Below, in pieces: positions 24,475 to 37,482 of a stretch of 64,000 nucleotides of DNA (position 1 is its first letter; each line of letters opens with the position of its first letter). The notes under the pieces were generated by a model. It worked only from the letters and a program-made list of their open reading frames with translations. It searched no databases and had not been told where the DNA came from. The DNA is from Fimicolochytrium jonesii (taxonomy: Eukaryota). The stretch is from contig NW_026515682.1 in the NCBI RefSeq assembly GCF_025526975.1, forward strand, positions 310,001-374,000. The letters are read 5' to 3'. Both the position numbers and the translations under genes were made by a program.

Positions 24475-25260
24475 TACAAGACTCCGACTTTAAGTGGGAT
24501 TAGCCCTCACGCCAACGTCAAAATCAACCAGTATTCGAATTCAATCGTTGCACTAGTATATTAGATTCCGGAGCCGAAGTGAATCTGATGTGTCGCTTCC
24601 CGTCACTCGACGCGCAAAACCACGCTAAGGCAATTAAGCGACGCGCTTATTTGGTCGGTAATTGACAGGATTGACAGCATTCCAATTTGCGAACTTCCAT
24701 GCCTCGGAGGGCTCATTCGATCATCCCAGAGCGAGGCTGCAACGGGCAGAGATAAGCGGGGTCTTCAGGCAGTGTCAACAAGGCGTCGCCGGATCCTACG
24801 TCGTGAGGCCCCGAGACCACCTCTCACCGCATCCACTGGTCCTCCGTCTTTGCGTGGCTTATCTTACATTACATGGCGGGCGTACGTCGTACTGCGAGCA
24901 GTCATGGTCGTCGCCGACGGAAACTTCACATGTGCGGGATGTAGTAGCACGTAGCACCTACATAGGTCCCTCCTACGACGACGGAACTGACTTGCATCCA
25001 GTTTTTTTTTCCTTGCCAAGGCACTCCGCGAAAAGGGCCTTATCTATATTAACCTCGCTGGTCATGTTGGTTCTCCGGCGTGAACGGCAAAGGAAGAGGT
25101 CCCGAGTCGAAGCCCAATTTGGGAGCAATGCGTTCGGTGCTATGTGTCATGATGGGACGTGAGCCTTCCGCATGTCCGAGGCGCCCGACGACGGGCATAT
25201 AAGAAGGCGAGGTGACGAGCGTCACCTCCCTTCCAACAACTATCGCTCGGCAACGCAACA

Positions 25261-28084
<2,824 letters not shown>

Positions 28085-28479
28085 AAGATCATTGAGGACA
28101 CGGCGTAGATTGGTGGGGTGTGGGTATGGGCTGTTGGTTGGATGTTAGGATAGGTGAAAAAAGACGGGCTCTGTGTGGTTACGGCTCTCGTTCCAGTCAT
28201 TTCCGTCGTTGAAATAGAAATCGCCGAATGTTCCGCTCTGACGCTGAATATGTATTTCATGGCAAGGTGTGAATGTGGTTTGAAGGAGTTGACTCAGTGA
28301 CCGCAATGCCAGACCTCAGGAAGAAGAATGGCCTCTCCCCCGTGTAATGCTGAGGAGATTCGCGTTTGCAACCGAACGACCGTCGTAGCTTCCGTGCTCT
28401 GGTCAGCTCCAGGGTCAGCTCTGGTTCATGCATACGGGACAACGGATGTCTCACGTGTCGAGCGTACGCGCAGGTAAGT

Positions 28480-28700
28480 TTATGACATTCGATTTCCCCC
28501 ATTCGGGGAAGAAGGTGAACATCCGCTGAGCTTGTGCGCATGGTACACTACCTCGAGGGCCGGTTTCCAGGAATCTTTGCTTGCGCACAGACGAAGGCGT
28601 TCGCTAAGATTCACAGTGGTGGTTCTTATCATATCTTCCATGGTCTGGATAGCCCGGGTCGCCCTCCGAAGTGAATGGCGTGCTGGGTACCACCCTTCAA
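28480..28700 (-). mobile_element. Degenerate Ty3/Gypsy-type integrase relic
   Basis: RAIQTMEDMIR...SWKPALEVVYH.HKLSGCSP resembles the rve segment ERTIQTLEDMLR...W...LE.AYN..H...G.SP. The match is short and no LTRs were seen. Confidence 0.4.
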
Positions 28701-29873
28701 ATTCCCAGAGGCAAAGTGCTGTCGCTTTGCGAATTCGAGAACATTCGTGCTTTCGAACCCGAAAAAGTAAGCAGAAGCGGGCACTGCCTTGACTCATGCT
28801 CCCGATCCGGCAACATCACCTCCCTACCAGCGATTCGGCCACTCTCGGAAAGGCGGTCCATCAAAAGCCGATATTCCTGCACGGAGGATGCACGTCCAAT
28901 GTCCTAGGCCCTTCTCAAGAAGGGGGTCGTTCACTCGGTTCCGGTTCGGTCGTTGAGAGGATACCAGCGCCTCGAGGCAGCCATCTTTGGCACACGTCGT
29001 TTCGCCTCCGGTTTCGCTCCTTCTCCGGGGTCCTGCATCTCTCTCCGGTCTTCGGGATACAAATGCCCGGTTAACGCAAAGTCGACACACCGCTCTCACT
29101 TGGCGCTTCTGCCTCTCCTTGTTCTATGACGTGATGATTCAAACTTCCTCGGGTGATCTGGTGCTTGGTCGCCGTTGCGTAAACTCCAGCTCGGAGAGCG
29201 CTTGCCGGGGGAGTGAGAAAAGCCGGTGGGTGGCTCGACCCCTTTGACTGTTTTCGATTGAAAGCCCACCCCCAGCTCGAACAGCTACGCCAACAGTGAC
29301 TGTAACAAGCCTCGAAACCCCAAAGATGGTTTTTCAGGAGAGAAAAATGCGTCTTCTCCCCACCCCCGGAGTTTAACAGCGATCCTTACGACTTCAGTGC
29401 CTCCCCACTGACTTGTATCGCTCTGGCTCTCCCTCTCCTTCCTCCCAGAGGGGTGACTGAGTTGCCCGGTGGTCTTGGTTCCGGGGATGATGTTTTGTTT
29501 GAACGCGTCCGCTCCCAACAATGCTCGCAATGTTCACAACGGCAAGAAGCTCACGAACGGCCTGCGAACGGCACAAGGCTGGCACAGAGGCATCGACATC
29601 GTGGTGCTCTCCCTAGGAGCATCGACGTCGAGAGCGACCGGAGGGTTGGATCTGGAGTCTACTCGCAGCGTCCAGTACCTGGTTGTACCCCACCGCTCAA
29701 GACTTCATTTGGGCAACGACGGACCTTCGCTTGGCCCCCTTACATAGACTCGGAGAAAGGGCTGCCATAACGCTCCGTCATATCAGTCAAGGCCTCGCTC
29801 GGGAAGGCAGAGTATCCGATTGTGAGCGCCAACTGAGCGAGCGTCACTTGCCCCGCTCGAGCATCGCGAAACA

Positions 29874-30923
29874 ATGTCCGACCAACTAGAATCCTTCGCG
29901 CAAATCTACGCATACCCACCCTTCTCTACCCGCGCACGCACCGAGAAGCTATGTCGATCCGTCATGTCCGACCCGGAGCTCTATGCTCGCATCGCGCGAT
30001 CCATGCGTGTCATCCTTCCTCGCCAACTACTCGCCCCCGATGAACAAGATGACGAGCAAAGGCGAATCATACGCGATAGCCTTCGGTACCGTATCCCCGT
30101 GTACTTCGGGCGGATATGCTCGCAATCGTTCAACGATGATGTACTTCTGCGTGTATGCGGGTACACTGCCGCGGAAGGCCACACCAAAATCCTTCCAAAA
30201 TGTCGATACGTCGTATGCGGGCGCGTCCTCGCCACCAGTCCCTGTGTAGATACCCCAAAACCCGCCTACGTCGCGCACGCATGGGGCATCAATTTCGAGA
30301 CTTCGGGGACGTGGGATTACAGTCATTATATGGACTCCGAGGGCCGGATTCTGCGCGATACGTTTGAAACGACGCAAAGAGATATGTGCAGGATGATTGT
30401 CCGCGCTGGTGAGCATGCACTGCATGATGCTGGTGCGGGCTACGTGGATCTGTTGGTGCCAATGATTGGCATGGGCGTGTTCATGCAGGCATGTCGGAGT
30501 AGCGACGATCGCAGTTGGGCGTTGAATACGCTGGTGCAGCAGCTCCACTCCGCCGTACACGAATCCACGGCAGAAGTGCGGGTAATATTCTACGGCGACA
30601 CCCGCATCAAACCTCTCCCCACATCCCCCAAATTCACAGTCAAACTCGGTGGGGATATGTTTGCCGACGCCGGCGAGTTGCTAGCGACATCCGCATGCGT
30701 TTGTGTCGTCAACGCATGGGACCCCGTGAGTTTCATCGGCAACGGGATGGCGCATGACCGGAGTATCGACGGAATGATTGGCAGCGGGATGGGTTATGGG
30801 GCGGGGTTTGCCAATTCGTGTTTTACGCATAACACGTACCTTATGCCGGCGGTGTTGGACAGGGAAAACTGGATTGGGATGGAGAGCGAGGCTGCGGGTA
30901 TGGAGAACGACGTGAAAGAATAG
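29874..30923 (+). CDS. Intronless ORF, putative atypical (MavL/DUF4804-like, permuted) macrodomain ADP-ribosylhydrolase
   Basis: 349-aa open frame with YVAHAWG, LLVPMIGMGVF, VKLGGDMF and VVNAWDPVSFIGNG...SIDG motifs. The family call is from motif memory only. Confidence 0.55.
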   Translation: MSDQLESFAQIYAYPPFSTRARTEKLCRSVMSDPELYARIARSMRVILPRQLLAPDEQDDEQRRIIRDSLRYRIPVYFGRICSQSFNDDVLLRVCGYTAAEGHTKILPKCRYVVCGRVLATSPCVDTPKPAYVAHAWGINFETSGTWDYSHYMDSEGRILRDTFETTQRDMCRMIVRAGEHALHDAGAGYVDLLVPMIGMGVFMQACRSSDDRSWALNTLVQQLHSAVHESTAEVRVIFYGDTRIKPLPTSPKFTVKLGGDMFADAGELLATSACVCVVNAWDPVSFIGNGMAHDRSIDGMIGSGMGYGAGFANSCFTHNTYLMPAVLDRENWIGMESEAAGMENDVKE

Positions 30924-30926
30924 CAG

Positions 30927-31958
30927 GTGCTTATTCGAGTTGGACAGAACGCATACCTCGCACCCGCCGACCATTCACACCTACCCGCTCACTGGCGCGT
31001 CGGTGGCGTGTCCGGCTGCATCGTCAAATCCCCGGATCCCTACACCTGGACCCTGCGCGACTCGCATTACCTCCTAGACCAACAAGGCCACGCATGGGAC
31101 GTTTATTCAACTGACAGACAACACATCGACTACGTCGTATCATGGCATCGATTCAACGGCGGCGCAAATCAACGGTTCGAAATTGAACAGGGCGGCGTGA
31201 CCCATCGGGGTCTTTATGCCTATATCGACGCCGAAAACACTCTCAGGCTCACACCAACCGCATCCCAATCCGTCGCTCTGCGATTCCTCCCCGCTCCTAC
31301 AGGGCCCACGCCGGCATTCTGGACACAGCTTCCAGCACAGCTGCCATACCCGTTATTCTATCTCTCTGAGCAGCAAGCGCCCGTCCTTGCGAATCACCCC
31401 GATCTGGAAGCATACACCCCTTACCTCCCCTGCTGGGTCCCACAGGCGCTGATCAGCACCGCCCTCTTCGGGTCCGCCGAAACAGTCGCCCAGACACAGA
31501 GGGCTAGGGGGACGGCCTGGGTGTGGGCCACCGAATTCAGTAACGTGCATTCCACCTTCGAATTTACCGAACCGCCCATCACGGTGGACGGCGAAACATA
31601 CCCCGGCGGCCCTGAAGTGTATTTCCAATTGATGAAGTACCACGGCACCCCGGCGTTCGATCTCGCGCGGCAGGCACTTACACCCGACGCTAACGGGTAT
31701 GTCAACCCGTCTGACGCGTTTGCGGTCGGGCTGAGGTGGGCGTTGCGGGATGATTGGACGGACGTACGGGAGGGTGTGATGGAGAAGGCGGTTCGGGCGA
31801 AGTTTGAACGGGAGGAATTGAGGGAGTTGTTGAAATCGACGGGGACGCATCCGCTCGTGCAACTGAAACCGGGCGATGGGTATTGGGGGACGGGTGGGGA
31901 TGGACGTGGGGGGAATGTGCTTGGGGTTATTTTGGAGAGGGTAAGAGGGACGTTGTAG
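30927..31958 (+). CDS. Ricin-B-like segment + NADAR (YbiA) domain, in frame with the upstream ORF
   Basis: FSN...ITVDGETY...EVYFQLMK...LRDDWTDVREGVMEKAVRAKF...LRELLKSTG..PLV...DGYWGTG.DGRG.N.LG.ILERVR is a clear NADAR signature. WDV...VSWHRFNGGANQRF resembles a ricin QxW repeat. Confidence 0.8.
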   Translation: MLIRVGQNAYLAPADHSHLPAHWRVGGVSGCIVKSPDPYTWTLRDSHYLLDQQGHAWDVYSTDRQHIDYVVSWHRFNGGANQRFEIEQGGVTHRGLYAYIDAENTLRLTPTASQSVALRFLPAPTGPTPAFWTQLPAQLPYPLFYLSEQQAPVLANHPDLEAYTPYLPCWVPQALISTALFGSAETVAQTQRARGTAWVWATEFSNVHSTFEFTEPPITVDGETYPGGPEVYFQLMKYHGTPAFDLARQALTPDANGYVNPSDAFAVGLRWALRDDWTDVREGVMEKAVRAKFEREELRELLKSTGTHPLVQLKPGDGYWGTGGDGRGGNVLGVILERVRGTL

Positions 31959-32457
31959 TTTGTTGGATAGGGACATTTTGGGGACGGTTGGTGGTGAGAC
32001 TTTCTATTGCGTGAGTGGATCGTTTCTTTAGGGGTTGGTCAACATCTTCATCCTACTTTGGATCGACCAGGGGTGGACATAGAGATTGTTTGTATTTATA
32101 TACACATAGACAGGATGTATATCAGCATTCGGCCCCTTTGTTTGTGTTGTTCTTGGATTTGCAGAGTGGCAAAGTTGGGAAATAGAGGCTCGACATAGAG
32201 GAAGGGACGACTGTGGGCGTCGGTGTCATGCGCATATGGATATGTACTGTACAGCATGTATAGTATGCACAGAGCTATAACCAGGGGCGGGCGTCCCGTC
32301 GGATGTAGGATGTGCAGGCGGACAGACCGTCTCTCATAGATGTTGCTTCTCAGCGAGGGGCGTCATATGCATGGAGGGGTGGAAAGTCCAATACGCCTGT
32401 GATATCGTAACTACATATAATCATCGTATCTATGTAAACCTGCCCCAATTCTACAAT

Positions 32458-33771
32458 CTACACCCCCAAACTCTCCAATGTCAATTTTAGAGCCTCCTCC
32501 ACGCTGACCCGCGGCTTCCACCCCACCTCCTCCCTCAATCTCCGCACATCCAACGTCAAGCTCTTCCCCATCACACACGCCACATATCGCGACAACGTCG
32601 GTTCCCCAGCTATCCCAAAACCTTCCCAAATGATCTCGGAGAGGTACCCGAGGAAATAAGCCGCCCAGAATGGTAGCGGAATCGGTGTGGGGTGTGCGGA
32701 CAGGTGCGTCGCGAGGTGTGCAAGCAGGCTGTGCATTTGTAATGGGCTGTCGTTGGAGATGTTGTATGTGTGGCCTAAACTCCACCCATAAGATATCCCA
32801 AAAAAAGAAAAAAGGACCAGCGAGAAACACAGACTCCACAGAACATACCATTTACGACATGATCCCCAACGGTGGCAACACACGCCATTGCGTCGATTAC
32901 GTTACCGACATAGGTTACGTCCATCCACCCCTTTCCGTTGTTGATGACTGGGATACGGCCGCTTTGGATGCGGGAGACGAGGCGGGGGAGCCAGGTTGTG
33001 TCGTTGGGGCCGGTTATGCCGCGGGGGCGGAGAATTACTGCTGCTTTTAGGTGCGGGTGCCCGGGGGTGGGTTGCAGGGCGGCGTGGATTATGTGTTCTG
33101 CCATCTGATAAATATATCGAGCTAGTTGATGAGTTTATTCTGTGCCAACCTCCTCGCAGTTGGAACATACCAACTTGGATTTAGCGTAATAATTGATCTG
33201 CTGACTCAACGAGACCACATCCTCTTCCTTGATACTTAACTGGTCGCGGGGGCAGGTGTAGATGCTCGGAGTGGAGACGTGCACGAGTAAGGGTACGGCG
33301 TGGGTGATGCAGGCGGAGACGATGTGTTGGGTTGCGGTTATGTTGGCTGAGACAAAGTCCTTCCATCTAGGGGATTTCAGGAGAGCGTGAGAAGTATGAA
33401 GCAAGGGTTCCAACTCCGGTGCTTGCCGCAATGCCCTCCACTCATCACACCTACCTGCCAGCCAATTCACACTTTGCAGCACAGTGAAACACCACCTCAA
33501 CCCCCTCCATCACCTCCCCAAGCACTTCCTCAACCTCTCCCGCCTCCCCACCTAAATTAACCCCCACAAAAACCGCTCCCATCTCCCTCAATTTCCTCCC
33601 CTTCACTTCATTCCTGCCTATTGCGATGACTTGAAGGTCGGTGGGTGGGATGTGGCGGGCGGGCGGGGAGGGAAGTTGGGAGGGGAAGGGGTGTGTGAGA
33701 CCCTGTGTGAGGAGAGTGGAGGTGAGGTGCTGCCCGAGGAAGCCTGTTGCGCCTGTCACTAGAACTTTCAT
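32458..33771 (-). CDS. Extended SDR (3-beta-HSD / NAD-dependent epimerase-like, OleD-like), multi-exon
   Basis: MKVLVTGATGFLGQHL, VFHCAAK, LVHVSTPSIY, catalytic YAKSK, ILRPRGITGPND and MDVTYVGNV. Confidence 0.88.
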
Positions 33772-34334
33772 CGTGCTGATAGGCTCTTCCGTGCGTATCT
33801 TCTGGGAGGGGTTGGGATGCGGTTTGTTGGATGGTGACATTGCTGAGGGACATTCGGCGGTCTGCGGGCGGGAGCGGCCGCGACATCTCGACGCGTTCGC
33901 TGAACATCTGTTGATGAACATGAAAGCGACAGAGGACCTTGTGCAAACTGCAGAATCACAGTGCCCAGAAAGAGGTGACCTTGAATGCATGTGTTGCTTG
34001 AACATGAATGTATCTTTGCGTCGCCAAATCCCCATCGATGGATCCCCATTCATGGATATTGGGCCCCACGCGACAAGTCATTCCCGTCTCGTCGTTGTTG
34101 CCCCTCAATTTCACACAGCCAAACAAAGCACGCATCAAATCTTCGCATGTAGTCAACCGGAACTTTCATTATAAATTAAAGGTATGGATGCATGTCCCCA
34201 AAACTAGGTCCTACGAACTTATGTGCAAATGCGCGCTACGAACTCGGCTCTATAATAGGGGTTGCATGGATTGTCCGCGAGAACTTGAGGCGGGACGGTT
34301 CCGGCTCCCGCATCTCGACGGTGCCGGTGACGTC

Positions 34335-35501
34335 TTACGCGTCGACGACGTTGTCCTCCTCATCGACGATGTCCTCCTCATCGTAGATGTTGTCCTCCTC
34401 ATCGTAGTTGTCTTCCTCATCGACGGTGTTGTTTTGGTCACGTTTCCAGCTGATGTTGCGGGGTTCACGCTTCTCGACAACATTGCTGCTCTCATCGCGG
34501 GCCCAGTTGATGTTGCGAGGATCACGTTTCCAGTTGATGTTGCGGGGCTCACGCTTCTCGACAACATTGCTGCTCTCATCGCGGGCCCAGATGGGGAGGT
34601 TGCGAGGATCACGTTTCCAGTTGATGTTGCGGGGCTCACGCTTCTCGATATTGCTGCTCTCATCGCGTGCCCAGTTGATGTTGCGGGGCTCACGCTTCTC
34701 GATATTGCTGCTCTCATCGCGCCAGTTGATGTTGCGGGGCTCACGCTTCTCGATGTTGCTGCTCTCATCGCGCCAGTTGATGTTGCGCGGCTCACGCTTC
34801 TCGATGTTGCTGCTCTCATCGCGCCAGTTGATGTTGCGGGGCTCACGCTTCTCGATGTTGCTGCTCTCATCGCGCCAGTTGATGTTGCGCGGCTCACGCT
34901 TCTCGATATTGCTGCTCTCATCGCGCCAGTTGATGTTGCGGGGCTCACGCTTCTCGATGTTGCTGCTCTCATCGCGCCAGTTGATGTTGCGCGGCTCACG
35001 CTTCTCGATGTTGCTGCTCTCATCGCGCCAGTTGATGTTGCGGGGCTCACGCTTCTCGATGTTGCTGCTCTCATCGCGCCAGTTGATGTTGCGCGGCTCA
35101 CGCTTCTCGATATTGCTGCTCTCATCGCGCCAGTTGATGTTGCGCGGCTCACGCTTCTCGGTGTTGCTGCTCTCATCGCGCCAGTTGATGTTGCGGGGTT
35201 CACGTTTCTCGATGTTGCTGCTCTCATCGCGCCAGTTGATGTTGCGGGGCTCACGCTTCTCGATATTGCTGCTCTCATCGCGCCAGTTGATGTTGCGCGG
35301 CTCACGCTTCTCGATATTGCTGCTCTCATCGCGCCAGTTGATGTTGCGGGGCTCACGTTTCCAATTCCCAATGTTGCGAGGTTCACGGGCCTCCACGTCG
35401 CGCTTAACTTTGATGATTGGCTCGCGGGTCTCGACTTGAACGCTGGCCAACGCGCTGGTGACGGAGAGGGCGAGGAGGAGGATGGTGCTGGTGAGCTTCA
35501 T
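34335..35501 (-). CDS. Secreted Kex2-processed repeat protein (KEP): multicopy peptide precursor
   Basis: Signal peptide MKLTSTILLLALSVTSALA; 13 units of EPRNINWRDESSN(I/T)EKR plus 7 variant units; acidic C-terminal tail; single exon. Confidence 0.92.
   Translation of the reverse strand: MKLTSTILLLALSVTSALASVQVETREPIIKVKRDVEAREPRNIGNWKREPRNINWRDESSNIEKREPRNINWRDESSNIEKREPRNINWRDESSNIEKREPRNINWRDESSNTEKREPRNINWRDESSNIEKREPRNINWRDESSNIEKREPRNINWRDESSNIEKREPRNINWRDESSNIEKREPRNINWRDESSNIEKREPRNINWRDESSNIEKREPRNINWRDESSNIEKREPRNINWRDESSNIEKREPRNINWRDESSNIEKREPRNINWARDESSNIEKREPRNINWKRDPRNLPIWARDESSNVVEKREPRNINWKRDPRNINWARDESSNVVEKREPRNISWKRDQNNTVDEEDNYDEEDNIYDEEDIVDEEDNVVDA
34440..35390 (-). repeat. 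Coding 51-bp tandem repeat array within the KEP gene
   Basis: Plus-strand unit gttgcg(g/c)ggctcacgcttctcgat(a/g)ttgctgctctcatcgcgccagttgat; differences between units are almost all synonymous. Confidence 0.95.
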
Positions 35502-37313
35502 GGCTGCGTTGTTTGGTTGAGAGGAAGATGTGATGTTGTTGGGAGTGCTGTTGAGATGGAGGAGAGGAGGGATGTCGGATCGATGCGCTGGCTTTTATGC
35601 ACTTTTCGGTGAAGTTGCTTGCTATCTCACGGGTCGTGGGGCTTTTCACGCGTCGGGAAAGAAGGGAAAGGTCTGCTCTTGTGTTGCAGGCCAGAGCGCT
35701 AGCTGCCGTATCCCGAATCAGGGTTGCCGCCAGGGTTTGCGATCCAGGAATAGGTCCAACACAACCTCAACCGCAACCTAGCTGTTTTCGGAATCATACC
35801 CGGATGCAGACACAAATAATCCTGTTGGACATACTCCCAGAATAGCAGTTGTTCTTAGCTCGACAAAAACTTTATATTGTGTCCTATTGTGATGCTCCAA
35901 ATGAGAACCGTCGGAAATGTTCGCTCCAGACTCCTGGGGTGTTTGTCTTCACAAAACGGCTCCCAGCGGAGTCCCATTTTGACAGCGCGTCGTGATTCAA
36001 ATATTAACAGTCTCGAAACAGCCGTCACCCGGCTATTGAGGAAATTTGTGGGCGCTTCTGCGAAACCGTCAGGCGGAAAAGACCTTAACAAGCCATGGCA
36101 ATCAAGTGAATGCCCGAAAATCTGCGCTTGCTTCACATCGGAAATCCCTGTGTTATCATGATTTATGTCCACTTCGTCGTAGCAGAGACCCAAAGCTTGG
36201 AGAAGAAAAAAACTTAAGCCTAACGCGCGCCCTTATCCTTCTTCGATTCCATTGACCATTCGCTGGAAGGATTGAACAGCACGGAGCGAATTCCTCTCGA
36301 GGGACGTTCGTTCCTTTGTCGTCGACGGTGACAATGGGTAGGCGTGACGATCGTCAAGTTGACCTGACATCCCCACGCATACATGGGTGGAGTGGGATAG
36401 GAAAGCGTGGGATATGAGTCCTCCTATTGAACATGAAGCGGAAGAAAAAAACTGGTGCTAAGCGTTCGTGGCGCAGATAGCTCAGCGGGGCAGTTATGGG
36501 AGAAGCAAAAAGCCACACCACACTTCGGCGAAAGCGGAGATTGGCGGGGATCATTCGCGTGAAAAGGGAACGCGTGCGAGAAATGACAAAGTGTTGAGAG
36601 GACGGTGTTCTCATGTTGTCTTTTACTATGGATTGCGCCTGTCAAAGAATCGGCGCTCGAGAAGTGCGAAAACGCCTTCCAGTATGGGCGAGCGGCATGG
36701 CTTTCGTTTCTCCATCAAGTTCTGTACAACGTGCCGCAAGATAGAATATTGTTCTTGGAAGGCATACGCCGCATATCACATGCACAATGGACATGCCTTG
36801 ATGGGACGATCGAATCGAGCGTATCGCTAAATTGACCGCTCCCACCAGCGGCACCTTTGTAGCCCGAGAAGCTTTCCTCAAGTATTATGGGAGGGGTTTG
36901 CCAATGGGCATACGGCTCACATAGGGCAGGTTGGTGGAAGCTTTGACGCACCCATGGACCTACCACTTCTACCACCGCGATGGGATAGCAGATAACCTGC
37001 GGTGGTTGACGGGAGCCCATGTCGTCCACTTTCGTATGGCCCAATTTCCACGAAAGCAAGACGCGACGCGTGCACACCCCCTGCCCATTCCTTCTTTTTT
37101 CCCAACCTTCCAAACCATGCCGCACGGACTTGATAATGTGTATTGTACGCGGACGGAAGCGGCCCCAAGACACCTGTATCGAGTATGGGATGGCAATTGA
37201 TGGATGGGGAGGTGATTGATTTGGAAATAGGGCAGAACAAAAAGGCCGAGACGTGAGGCCATCGCTTCGGTGGCTGTTTGAATATCGTCGTTCCTTTTTC
37301 ATAGCAGGCGGAG

Positions 37314-37321
37314 TATAAAAA
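37314..37321 (+). promoter_or_regulatory. TATA-like box upstream of the membrane-protein gene
   Basis: TATAAAAA lies about 165 nt before ATG 37483. Confidence 0.3.
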
Positions 37322-37482
37322 GATACCACTACCACATCCGGTCGCTCGCCGTAGCCGTACATCTGGATCTCGAAATCAAGCGCCTGTCAGTACGGTGTGC
37401 AATCGACCACCCTCAGTCACCAGAAGCATCACCCCAATACGACAAGAGCGCACGGCACACGAGAACCAAATCCACATCAAAG

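Noticed and set aside
29453..29770. NNARNVHNGK resembling a Tc1/mariner DNAxxH motif
   Set aside because: Too short and lacking the other DDE motifs or TIRs.
34440..35390. CRISPR-like appearance of the regular array
   Set aside because: No unique spacers, a eukaryotic context, and a unit length that is a codon multiple within an ORF.
34008..35612. 534-aa, 343-aa and 378-aa repetitive ORFs overlapping the KEP in other frames
   Set aside because: Shadow frames of a stop-free 51-bp repeat. Only the 388-aa frame has a signal peptide, processing sites and mostly synonymous variation.
35855..37362. Several 70-215-aa ORFs between the KEP and the membrane gene (searched for a RiPP tailoring enzyme)
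   Set aside because: No HxxHC (DUF3328), tyrosinase or peptidase motifs; they look like non-coding upstream DNA.
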